Assembly: GCA_029261875.1 (NCBI GenBank)
Contig: JAJDAL010000004.1
Span: forward strand, 21,656 to 85,655
Source: Deltaproteobacteria bacterium
Lineage (GTDB): Bacteria; Myxococcota_A; UBA9160; JAJDAL01
Length of the DNA stretch: 64,000 nucleotides
Direction of reading: 5' to 3'
Both the position numbers and the translations under genes were made by a program. Of the stretch, positions 43,322-51,715 are shown piece by piece. Within the stretch, counting starts at the first letter, position 1. Each line of letters begins with the position of its first letter. The notes under the pieces were generated by a model. The model saw only the letters and a list, made by a program, of their open reading frames with translations, was not told where the DNA came from and did not search any database.

Positions 43322-44452
43322 TCAGGCTCCGGCGCGTCGCGCGCGCGCGAGGAGGAACAGCCCCACGGCAAAGAACGCCACGTTGGGCATCCACAGTGCG
43401 GCGCCGATCGGAAGCGACCCGCTCTTGCCGAGGTATTCCGCAAAGGAGAGCAGCGCGTAGTAGGAGAACACGAGCGCCACGCACAACAGCGCGCCGAAGG
43501 AGCGCGCACCGCGGGTACGGCGCAACCCCAGCGGCGTCCCCACCAGGGCGAAGAGCAACGGGGCAACGGGCAACGCCAACCTGCGGTGAAACTGGAGGAA
43601 ATAGACGTTCGGATCCTTCTCGTGGAGGTCTTCGGAAAGTTCTTCGCCGCGCCGCAGGGCGCTGACCAGCCCCGTCAGTCGCTGCATGGACATTTCGCGC
43701 GGTCGCTCGGTCCGCTCGTCGGTGGCGAGCAAGCCACTCACATCGAAGGAGTAATCGAAGTCGCGAAACGAGATACGGCGATAGCGGTCGGCCCCGACCT
43801 GGGAGGGCTGGAGGTGAATGTCTCCGTTGTGAAGCCTCAAGAGGATCATCGATTCGGCTTCGTCGAATCGGAATTCGCCGGATTCCGCGAACACGGTAAA
43901 CGCCTTGCCGGATTCGTCCTGATCCGAGACCACGATGCCCTTCAGGCGGTTATCGAGATCGCGATCGTCGACATAGAGCACGCGGTCGCCGAACTCGCGA
44001 AAGCGGCCGGGCTCGAGAATCGCACCCTTGGACGCAATGGATTTCAGGACGCCGCGCAACTCGCGCCGCGATGAAGGCTCGACTTCCAACATCATGGCGG
44101 CGGTGATGAGCGAGATGAACGCGCTCAGGACCAGGACCGGGGCGACCAGATGGCGAATCCCCATCCCGCAGGTCCGCATGGCCATGACTTCGGAGTCCGA
44201 GGACAAGCGTCCGACGGCGAGTAGAACGCCGAATAGAAACGAAACCGGCACGATGTAGGCCGCCAGCATCCCCATGATGCAGCCCAGCACCGCGAACAGG
44301 TCCGTGAGTTCGAATCCCACGGCGACCAGATCGTCCAGGCGTCGCAGCAGATTCTGCGACACGAGGATGCCCGCGAACCCCAGGAAGCCCAGGAGCGTGT
44401 ATTGGAGTACTTCGCGGAGTACGTAGGTGTAAAGGGTGCGGGGAAAGCGCAT
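43322..44452 (-). CDS. LPS export ABC permease, LptF/LptG (YjgP/YjgQ) family
   Basis: Track ORF, 376 aa. MRFPRTLYTYVLREVLQYTLLGFLGF..., SDSEVMAMRTCGMG, periplasmic beta-jellyroll region, three C-terminal TM segments. Confidence 0.85.
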   Translation of the reverse strand: MRFPRTLYTYVLREVLQYTLLGFLGFAGILVSQNLLRRLDDLVAVGFELTDLFAVLGCIMGMLAAYIVPVSFLFGVLLAVGRLSSDSEVMAMRTCGMGIRHLVAPVLVLSAFISLITAAMMLEVEPSSRRELRGVLKSIASKGAILEPGRFREFGDRVLYVDDRDLDNRLKGIVVSDQDESGKAFTVFAESGEFRFDEAESMILLRLHNGDIHLQPSQVGADRYRRISFRDFDYSFDVSGLLATDERTERPREMSMQRLTGLVSALRRGEELSEDLHEKDPNVYFLQFHRRLALPVAPLLFALVGTPLGLRRTRGARSFGALLCVALVFSYYALLSFAEYLGKSGSLPIGAALWMPNVAFFAVGLFLLARARRAGA

Positions 44453-44510
44453 GGCGGGGTATCCTACCCGCGGCGTCCCGACTCCGCGAGGCTATCCCTT
44501 TTTGCGCTGT

Positions 44511-45632
44511 ATGAATCCATTCCCCGGCCCTCCGCCGGCCTCTCGCATTCTCGTCATCCGCCTGGGTGCGGTAGGGGATGTGGTGCGCACGCTGCCCGCC
44601 GTCTCGGCGCTGCGCGCCGGTTACCCGGGCGCGCGGATCGCGTGGTTGGTGGAGCCCGCTTCCGCTGGAATCGTACAGGGACAGCCTTGGGTGGATGAAG
44701 TGATCGTGTTTCCCCGCGGTGAGATTCGCGCGCGCGCGAAACGCGGAGACGTGTGGGGTGTGGTTCGCTTGCTTGGGGGGGTCGTGCGCGAGCTGCGCGC
44801 GCGCCGCTTCGAATTGGTGGTCGACTTCCACTCCATCTTGAAGAGTGGAGTGCTCTCCTATCTGACCCGCGCACCGCTGCGCGTCACCTACGCGCGTCCC
44901 TTCGCACGCGAGTTCGCCCACCGGTTCGCAAATTCCCACGCTCGCCTCGAGCCCGCAAAGCTTTCGCGTTTCGACCGCAACCTGGGCCTGGTTCGCTATC
45001 TCGGCGTCGCTGCGCCGCCCGCCGAGGCGCCCCTGGCTTTGGCTCCCGAGCGCGTCGCCAACGCCCAGGCGGAACTTCGCAAACTCCTGGGTTCCGACGC
45101 GGCACCGGTTGCCATGCATCCGGGAACCAGCGATGCGACCTCCTACAAGCGCTATCGGGTCGAGCACTACGCCTGGGTGGCCCGGGAGCTGGCCGCGCGG
45201 GGTACGCCGGTGATCGTGACCTGTGGCCCGGCGCGGGACGATCGCGCGTTCGCCGATGCCATCGTCGACGCCGCGGCGGGTGCGGCCCGCATCGCTCCGG
45301 CGACGCCTAGCCTGGCCGACCTCGCGGCACTCTTCTCCCACTGCCGGCTCTACATCGGCAGCGATACCGGACCCATGCACGTGGCCTCTTTGGTGGGGAC
45401 ACCCGTGATTCAATTGATGGGACCCACGGATCCCGTCGAAAACGAGCCCTACCGCGCGACGCCCTCGAAAACCCTGCGGGTCCAGATTGCCTGCAATCCC
45501 TGCCGGCGCGGCTGCGCGGCCGCCACCTGCATGGGGGTGATTTCCCCGCAAAGCGTTCTCGAAGCCGCCCAGGGGCTATTGGCGAAGCCCCCGGCCGAGG
45601 TGATAGATTGCGCGGCCCCGAACGCGGGCTAA
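44511..45632 (+). CDS. glycosyltransferase family 9 (LPS heptosyltransferase-like)
   Basis: Track ORF 44436..45632, trimmed to ATG 44511 to avoid overlapping the divergent lptF/G start. ILVIRLGAVGDVVRTLPAVSALR..., LYIGSDTGPMHVASLVGTPVI. Confidence 0.8.
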   Translation: MNPFPGPPPASRILVIRLGAVGDVVRTLPAVSALRAGYPGARIAWLVEPASAGIVQGQPWVDEVIVFPRGEIRARAKRGDVWGVVRLLGGVVRELRARRFELVVDFHSILKSGVLSYLTRAPLRVTYARPFAREFAHRFANSHARLEPAKLSRFDRNLGLVRYLGVAAPPAEAPLALAPERVANAQAELRKLLGSDAAPVAMHPGTSDATSYKRYRVEHYAWVARELAARGTPVIVTCGPARDDRAFADAIVDAAAGAARIAPATPSLADLAALFSHCRLYIGSDTGPMHVASLVGTPVIQLMGPTDPVENEPYRATPSKTLRVQIACNPCRRGCAAATCMGVISPQSVLEAAQGLLAKPPAEVIDCAAPNAG

Positions 45633-45635
45633 CTC

Positions 45636-46700
45636 ATGGACCAACCTCGAAAAATTCTCGTGCGGGCACCGAATTGGACCGGCGACGTCGCCATGGCAAC
45701 CCCGGGCTTTCGCGCCCTGCGGGCCGGTTTTCCGGCTGCCTCCATCACCGCCCACGTGCGACCGGGTCTCGAGGCCCTGTTGGCTGGATCGCCCTGGTTC
45801 GATGAAGTGATCCCGGTGAGGTCCTATCACCGCGGAATCCGGGCCATTTGGGCCGAAGGCCGAGAATTGCGCCGCAAGGGCTTCGATTTGGGTCTGAGCT
45901 TGCCGGATTCCTTCTCCGCGGCCCTGCTGCTGCGGATCGCCGGAGCGCGGCCCATTGTGGGCTATCGCCGCTCGGGGCGCGGAATCTTGCTCGACCGGGC
46001 CCTGGACCCGCCCCGCGGGCCTGACGGTGGGCCCTGGGTGGCCCGGGAAGAGCATGTGCTGGGTTTGGTGGAGTCCTTGGGGTGCGCGCGACAGGGGCTC
46101 GAATTGGAGCTCTTCGTGACGCCTGAGGAACGGGCGGCTGCGGAGTCCGTCGCCAAGGATTGCGGGGTCGATCTGTCGGGCCCGATTGCGGCCCTGGCTC
46201 CCGGTGCCTCGTACGGTTCGTCGAAACTGTGGCCCGCGGAATCCTTCGCGAAGGTGGGCGACGAGCTGTCCCGCGCCGGGCACCAGGTCCTGGTTTTGGG
46301 CACTCCCGCCGAGCGCGAGCTGACGGGACGGGTGTGCGCCGCCATGGCGGCGCCGGCCGCGGATCTGGGAGGCCGCCTCGATTTGGGTGGTTTGAAGGCG
46401 ATACTTCAGCCCGCACGCGTCCTGGTCTGCAACGATGCAGGGGCGCGCCACATTGCCGTGGCGTTCGGTGTGCCGAGTGTGGTGATGATGGGTCCGACCA
46501 GCATCGAGAAAACCGCTTTGAATCTGGAGCGCGTTCAGGTGCTGACCGCCGACGTTCCGTGTCGACCCTGCTATCACCGAGAATGTCCGATCGACCATCG
46601 GTGCATGACCCGCATCTCTCCCGAGCGCGTGGGGGAAGCGGCGCGCGCGGCATCGGGTGATGCATCGAGCGATGTATCGAGCGGAATGGGGAAATCGTGA
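45636..46700 (+). CDS. waaF: glycosyltransferase family 9, heptosyltransferase II-like
   Basis: Track ORF, 354 aa. KILVRAPNWTGDVAMATPGFRAL..., PGASYGSSKLWPAESF, LVCNDAGARHIAVAFGVPSVVMMGPT. Confidence 0.78.
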   Translation: MDQPRKILVRAPNWTGDVAMATPGFRALRAGFPAASITAHVRPGLEALLAGSPWFDEVIPVRSYHRGIRAIWAEGRELRRKGFDLGLSLPDSFSAALLLRIAGARPIVGYRRSGRGILLDRALDPPRGPDGGPWVAREEHVLGLVESLGCARQGLELELFVTPEERAAAESVAKDCGVDLSGPIAALAPGASYGSSKLWPAESFAKVGDELSRAGHQVLVLGTPAERELTGRVCAAMAAPAADLGGRLDLGGLKAILQPARVLVCNDAGARHIAVAFGVPSVVMMGPTSIEKTALNLERVQVLTADVPCRPCYHRECPIDHRCMTRISPERVGEAARAASGDASSDVSSGMGKS

Positions 46701-47680
46701 CGGATCTATCGATCATCATCGTGACTTGGAACGCCAAAGAGGTTCTGCTCGATTGCCTGAATACCATCGAGCGCCAGGTGCTCTCGCGACGCGATGAAGC
46801 TGCACTGGACGTCGAGACCCTGGTGGTCGACAACGGATCGCACGACGGCAGTGTGGAAGCCGTGCGCGCGCAATATCCCTGGGCTCAGGTGATCGCGCTA
46901 CCGGACAACATCGGGTTCGCGGCGGGGAACAACGTCGGCTTGCAGAAGTGCTCCGGTCGCCATGCGGTGCTGCTCAACAGCGACACGCTGGTGCTGCCGG
47001 ATTCGCTCGAGCGTTGCGTGCGCTACCTCGACGCCAATGAAGCGGTCGGCGTCGTGGGACCCCAGCTCCTGAATCCCGATGGCTCGAAGCAGAATTGCAT
47101 CCACAATTTCCCGAGTCTCGTGACGGAGACGTTCCCCAAGTCGCTGTTGGAGATGCTGCTGCCCCAGTGGTTTCCCTCGAAACGCTACTCCCACGCGGCC
47201 CCGATCGAGGTCGATGCGGTGCTGGGGGCGTGCTTGTTCGTGCGACGAGAAGTTTTCGAGTCCGTGGGCCTCATGCCCGAGGATTACTTCTTCTTTCTCG
47301 AGGAAACCGATTGGTGCTGGCGGATCAAGCGGGCCGGTTGGCAGATTCACCACCTTCCCGATAGCCACATCGTGCATATCCACGGCTTCAGCACCAAGAA
47401 GAAGGTGCCCGCCAATACCCGAATCGAATATCACCGCTCCCTGTATCATTTCTTCCGCAAGAACCGGGGTGGTTTCCGGGCGGGCGTCGTAATGGCGCTG
47501 CGGGTTGCGAAGGGATTGTTCTACGTACTCACCCAGGCGCCCGCCGCTATGCTGTCGGATTCGCGACGCGAAAAATGGAATGTGCGCAAGACGGTTCTGG
47601 CCTGGCACCTGCGCGGGCGGCCGGCGTCCGAGGGGCTGGCGTCCCTGCGCACCGCCAAGGAGGAGAATCGCACCTCATGA
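46697..47680 (+). CDS. glycosyltransferase family 2
   Basis: Track ORF, 327 aa (GTGA overlap). LSIIIVTWNAKEVLLDCLNTI...VVDNGSHDGSVEAV...PDNIGFAAGNNVGL...LNSDTLV. Confidence 0.8.
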   Translation: MTDLSIIIVTWNAKEVLLDCLNTIERQVLSRRDEAALDVETLVVDNGSHDGSVEAVRAQYPWAQVIALPDNIGFAAGNNVGLQKCSGRHAVLLNSDTLVLPDSLERCVRYLDANEAVGVVGPQLLNPDGSKQNCIHNFPSLVTETFPKSLLEMLLPQWFPSKRYSHAAPIEVDAVLGACLFVRREVFESVGLMPEDYFFFLEETDWCWRIKRAGWQIHHLPDSHIVHIHGFSTKKKVPANTRIEYHRSLYHFFRKNRGGFRAGVVMALRVAKGLFYVLTQAPAAMLSDSRREKWNVRKTVLAWHLRGRPASEGLASLRTAKEENRTS

Positions 47681-48792
47681 AGATCTTGGTAACTGGAGGC
47701 GCGGGTTTCATCGGCTCGCACCTGGTGGACGCTTTGCTCGCGGCCGGCCACAGCGTTCGAGTACTCGACAATCTCGACGCTCAGGTCCACGGAGAAGGGG
47801 GCGTTCGACCGGCCTACCTGAGCGAGGAAGCCGAGCTCCAGGTGGGCGACGTGCGCGACCGCGCGGCGGTCGCCAAGGCCCTGGACGGCATGGAGGCGGT
47901 CTATCACCTGGCCGCCGCCGTTGGCGTGGGCCAATCCATGTACGAGATCGAGCACTACGTGTCGGTCAACAGCCTGGGCGCCGCCGTCGTGTTGGAAGAA
48001 ATCGTGAAGCGACGCGAGGACCTGTGCAAGGTGATCGTCGCTTCTTCCATGTCGCTGTACGGCGAAGGGGCGTACCGGGATTCGAGCGGAGAAATTCAAT
48101 ACCCGGGAATCCGGCCCGAATCGCAGCTGGAGAAACGCCAGTGGGATTTCGACGATGCCAAGGGGGTGTCGTTGACGCCGATTCCCACGCCCGAATCGAA
48201 GCCACCCATTCCGACCTCGGTTTACGCGGTAACGAAACGCGACCACGAAGAACTGTTCCTTTCGGTCGGCGCGGCGTACCAGATTCCCACGGTGGCGCTG
48301 CGTTTCTTCAACGTCTACGGCACCCGGCAAGCGCTCTCCAATCCCTATACGGGCGTGGTCGCCATCTTCTCGTCGCGTTTGCTCAACCGCCACGCGCCGC
48401 TGATCTTCGAAGACGGCAACCAGAGCCGCGATTTCATCCACGTGTCCGACATCGTGCAGGCGAATCTGCTGGCCCTCGAAAAGGACGCGGCCAATGGTCA
48501 GGTCTACAACGTGGGAACCGGCCGCCAGACGAGCGTGCTCGACGTGGCCGGGGCGCTGTCGCGTGAACTCCAATTCGATGCACCCATGCAGATCGAACAC
48601 CGCTTTCGCGCCGGCGACATTCGCCATTGCTTCGGCGACATCAGCAAGATCTCCAAGGAGCTGGGCTACGCGCCGCGGGTCGGACTCGAAGAGGGCATGC
48701 GCGAGCTGCTCGATTGGCTGCGCGAAGCGGAGGCGGTCGACCACGTCGACGCCGCCACCGCGGAGCTCGATCGTCGGGGGCTCGCGCGCTGA
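47677..48792 (+). CDS. NAD-dependent epimerase/dehydratase family protein (extended SDR with insertion)
   Basis: Last 371 aa of track ORF 47575..48792, from ATG 47677 (AAGGAGGAG upstream, ATGA overlap). MKILVTGGAGFIGSHLVDAL, SSMSLYGEG, YAVTKRDHE. There is a ~45 aa insertion between the Ser and the YxxxK. Confidence 0.85.
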   Translation: MKILVTGGAGFIGSHLVDALLAAGHSVRVLDNLDAQVHGEGGVRPAYLSEEAELQVGDVRDRAAVAKALDGMEAVYHLAAAVGVGQSMYEIEHYVSVNSLGAAVVLEEIVKRREDLCKVIVASSMSLYGEGAYRDSSGEIQYPGIRPESQLEKRQWDFDDAKGVSLTPIPTPESKPPIPTSVYAVTKRDHEELFLSVGAAYQIPTVALRFFNVYGTRQALSNPYTGVVAIFSSRLLNRHAPLIFEDGNQSRDFIHVSDIVQANLLALEKDAANGQVYNVGTGRQTSVLDVAGALSRELQFDAPMQIEHRFRAGDIRHCFGDISKISKELGYAPRVGLEEGMRELLDWLREAEAVDHVDAATAELDRRGLAR

Positions 48793-49808
48793 TGACGCGT
48801 GCGCGCCTCGATCTCCGCCGGCTCGAACGCATCGTCAAGCGTTTCAGCGAAGTGCGCCTGCTGGTGGTGGGCGACGTGATTCTCGACGAATACCTGTGGG
48901 GCGACGTCGAGCGCATCAGCCCCGAAGCCCCGGTTCCGGTGGTTCATGTCTCCCGGGAATCGACGGTGCTGGGGGGCGCGGGCAACGTGGCGCGCAACGT
49001 GGTCGCCATGGGGGGAGAGTGCACGTTTTGCGCGGTGGTGGGAGACGATCCCGCCGGCCGCCGCGTGTTGGATCTCCTGAAAGATCTCGGGGTCGATCCC
49101 AATGGCCTGGTAGTGCTCGAAGGGCGCCCCACCACGCGCAAGACCCGGGTGGTGGCGCGCTCCCAGCAGGTAGTCCGCTTCGACCGCGAAACCGACTCGG
49201 AAATTCCCCGCAGCGCCACGCGCGAACTGCTCGAAATCATCGAGGGCGCGCTGCCGTCCTGCGATGCAGCGGTGATCGAAGATTACGGCAAGGGAATGCT
49301 CACACGCGGGTTTCTCAACGCGGCGATGAAGCGGTTGCGCGGGGCCGAGATCCCGGTGGCGGTCGACCCCAAGAACGAGCCGTCGTTTGCGAAGGGTGCA
49401 TCCCTGTGCAAACCGAACTTGCGCGAAATCGAGCAGCTTACGGGGATCGCGGTGCGGAGCCCGGAAGACATGGTGCGCGCCGTTGCGGCGCTTCGCCGCA
49501 AAGTCGGGCCGGCCGACGTCGTGGTGACCCGTGGCGGTGAAGGCATGACGGTATTCGAAGGAAAGAATGCGCCGGTGGAGGTTCGCACTGCCCCGCGCGA
49601 GGTCTTCGACGTGCAGGGCGCGGGCGACACCACCATCGCGGCCTTGGTGTTGGCGCGATCGGCGGGGGCGTCGCTCCACGAAGCGGCCGTCATTGCAAAC
49701 GCAGCCGCGGGGATCGTGGTCAGTAAAATCGGCACAGCGACCGCCAGCCCGAGTGAACTCCTCGAGGCCTTGCCGGAGACAATCGCTGCCGCACGGGGGA
49801 TGCATTGA
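48792..49808 (+). CDS. hldA: D-glycero-beta-D-manno-heptose-7-phosphate kinase (RfaE domain I / HldA-type, stand-alone)
   Basis: Last 338 aa of track ORF 48627..49808, from ATG 48792 (TGATG junction). VLVVGDVILDEYLWGDVERISPEAPVPVV..., GGAGNVARN, DVQGAGDTTIAAL (PfkB-type). No C-terminal adenylyltransferase domain. Confidence 0.8.
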   Translation: MTRARLDLRRLERIVKRFSEVRLLVVGDVILDEYLWGDVERISPEAPVPVVHVSRESTVLGGAGNVARNVVAMGGECTFCAVVGDDPAGRRVLDLLKDLGVDPNGLVVLEGRPTTRKTRVVARSQQVVRFDRETDSEIPRSATRELLEIIEGALPSCDAAVIEDYGKGMLTRGFLNAAMKRLRGAEIPVAVDPKNEPSFAKGASLCKPNLREIEQLTGIAVRSPEDMVRAVAALRRKVGPADVVVTRGGEGMTVFEGKNAPVEVRTAPREVFDVQGAGDTTIAALVLARSAGASLHEAAVIANAAAGIVVSKIGTATASPSELLEALPETIAAARGMH

Positions 49809-50695
49809 TCCGAAGCATGACTGGATTCGGGCGTGCCCCGTTTTCGATCGACGACATTTCCTTCGAAGTCGAAGTACGCAGCATCAATTCGCGTTACCTC
49901 GACGTGCGCGCGCGATTGCCGCGCCTGCTTGCCGCCTTCGAATACGAAATCCGACCGGTCGTACAGAAGATTTTCACGCGCGGGAAAGTCGCGGTCACGG
50001 TGGCGGCTTCGGAAACGAGCTCCGCGGGGGCGAATCTCAAAGTGGACACGGAGGCCGCGGCCCAATACGTGCGCGCGGCGGAAACCTTGCGCAAGGAACA
50101 CCGTGTGGAAGGGCGCCTCGAGGTGGCGTCTTTGCTTTCGTTGCCCGGCGTGGCGCAATTGGCCGAGCCGGTGTTGGATCCCGACACCGCGCGAGAGGCA
50201 TTGCTCGCCGGGGTGCGCGACGCGGTAGCGGCAGCGGACAAGATGCGGGCCTCCGAGGGGGCCGCGCTCGATCGCGATGTCCGCCAGCGAATCCAATTGG
50301 TGAGCGAGCTGGCCGCGGGTCTGACGGATCGTTCGGTGTTGGTGCAGGAGGCGGTGAGGGAACGCTTGCGCAAGCGCGCCGCTCAACTCGAGCGCGATAC
50401 GGGGCCGCTCGACGAATCCCGGCTCGCCCAAGAGGTCGTGTTCGCCGCGGATCGCCTGGACATCACCGAAGAGCTGGTGCGGATCAAGAGCCATTTCGAC
50501 CAATTCAATGAAATCTTGGATTCCGGCGACGTCGGGAAACCCGTCGGGCGCCGCCTGGATTTCCTGGTCCAGGAATTCGGGCGCGAAGTCAATACGGTGG
50601 GGTCCAAGGGGAACGACGCACCGATCGCCCATACCGTGGTCGAACTCAAGACCGAGCTCGAGCGCGTACGCGAACAGATTCAAAACATTGAGTAG
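49805..50695 (+). CDS. yicC: YicC/YloC family protein
   Basis: Track ORF, 296 aa (TTG start, TTGA overlap). [11 protein letters not shown]...[12 protein letters not shown]..., C-terminal [19 protein letters not shown]. Confidence 0.85.
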   Translation: MIRSMTGFGRAPFSIDDISFEVEVRSINSRYLDVRARLPRLLAAFEYEIRPVVQKIFTRGKVAVTVAASETSSAGANLKVDTEAAAQYVRAAETLRKEHRVEGRLEVASLLSLPGVAQLAEPVLDPDTAREALLAGVRDAVAAADKMRASEGAALDRDVRQRIQLVSELAAGLTDRSVLVQEAVRERLRKRAAQLERDTGPLDESRLAQEVVFAADRLDITEELVRIKSHFDQFNEILDSGDVGKPVGRRLDFLVQEFGREVNTVGSKGNDAPIAHTVVELKTELERVREQIQNIE

Positions 50696-50774
50696 CTTCA
50701 CCCATCGCATCGGACCCGAACGCCCCAACGCGAAGCGTGAGCCCACGCGCAATGCGCGCCCGCCCGCGCCCCGC

Positions 50775-51029
50775 ATGGTCAACATCGGCTACGGGAATCT
50801 GATTCTCGCCACACGGGTGGTGGCGATCGTGTTGCCGCAATCTTCGCCCATGCGTCGCTTGCGCGAGGAAGCCGCCAACCGCGGCAAGCTGGTGGATGCC
50901 ACCCAGGGCCGCCGTACCCGTTCGATCCTGATTACCGACAGCGATCACGTCATCTTGTCCGCCATCAATCCAGACACCATCGCGGCGCGTCTCGCACAGG
51001 AGGAGCCGACCGCGGGGGACAACCCGTGA
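50775..51029 (+). CDS. remA: RemA/DUF370 family protein
   Basis: Last 84 aa of track ORF 50508..51029, from ATG 50775. [64 protein letters not shown]. Conserved yicC-remA-gmk order. Confidence 0.85.
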   Translation: MVNIGYGNLILATRVVAIVLPQSSPMRRLREEAANRGKLVDATQGRRTRSILITDSDHVILSAINPDTIAARLAQEEPTAGDNP

Positions 51030-51664
51030 GCCGCGTGGGGATTCCCTTCGTGGTGTCGGCGCCGTCGGGAACCGGGAAGACGACCCTTTGTCGCGAAGTG
51101 CTCGCGCGCGACCGAAACGTGACCTTCTCGATTTCCCACACGACCCGCGCGCCTCGCAACGGCGAACGCGATGGGGTCGACTACCACTTCGTCGATCCGG
51201 CGGAATTTCGGTCCCTGGCCGAGGAAGGCCGATTCCTCGAATGGGCCCACTACCGGGGTCACGAATACGGTACGAGTTGGGAGGCCATCGAAAGTCCCCT
51301 CGCGCAAGGACGCGATGTCCTGATCGAGATCGAAGTTCAAGGCGCGCGCCAGGTGCGCAAGCGCCGCGCCGATGCCCGTTTCATCTTCATCCTTCCACCA
51401 TCGCGAGCAGTGCTCGAGCAGCGGCTTCGCAACCGCCGGACGGACGCCCCGGACGCCATCGAGCGCCGCCTCGAGGCGGCCCAGGACGAGCTGCGGGCCG
51501 TTCATATGTACGATTACGCGGTGGTGAACGACGACCTCGAAGAGGCGATCGAGAGCACCCTCGAGATCATTCGAGCCGAGCGAGAGGGGGCGACCGAAGG
51601 GGTTCGGGCCCGCTTCGCATGCGACGAGACCCTCAAGCGCCACGGATCCCTGCTCGATCCGTAA
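51026..51664 (+). CDS. gmk: guanylate kinase
   Basis: Track ORF, 212 aa. P-loop [31 protein letters not shown]. Confidence 0.93.
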   Translation: MSRVGIPFVVSAPSGTGKTTLCREVLARDRNVTFSISHTTRAPRNGERDGVDYHFVDPAEFRSLAEEGRFLEWAHYRGHEYGTSWEAIESPLAQGRDVLIEIEVQGARQVRKRRADARFIFILPPSRAVLEQRLRNRRTDAPDAIERRLEAAQDELRAVHMYDYAVVNDDLEEAIESTLEIIRAEREGATEGVRARFACDETLKRHGSLLDP

Positions 51665-51715
51665 GATGGGGCCCCGGAAAGGGCTTCGCTTGATCGCCGG
51701 GCACCTGGGGCTATT

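Noticed and set aside
43950-45551. 533-aa minus-strand ORF
   Set aside because: It spans the divergent lptF/G and GT9 genes in the wrong frame or strand, and is Arg/Gly/Pro-rich.
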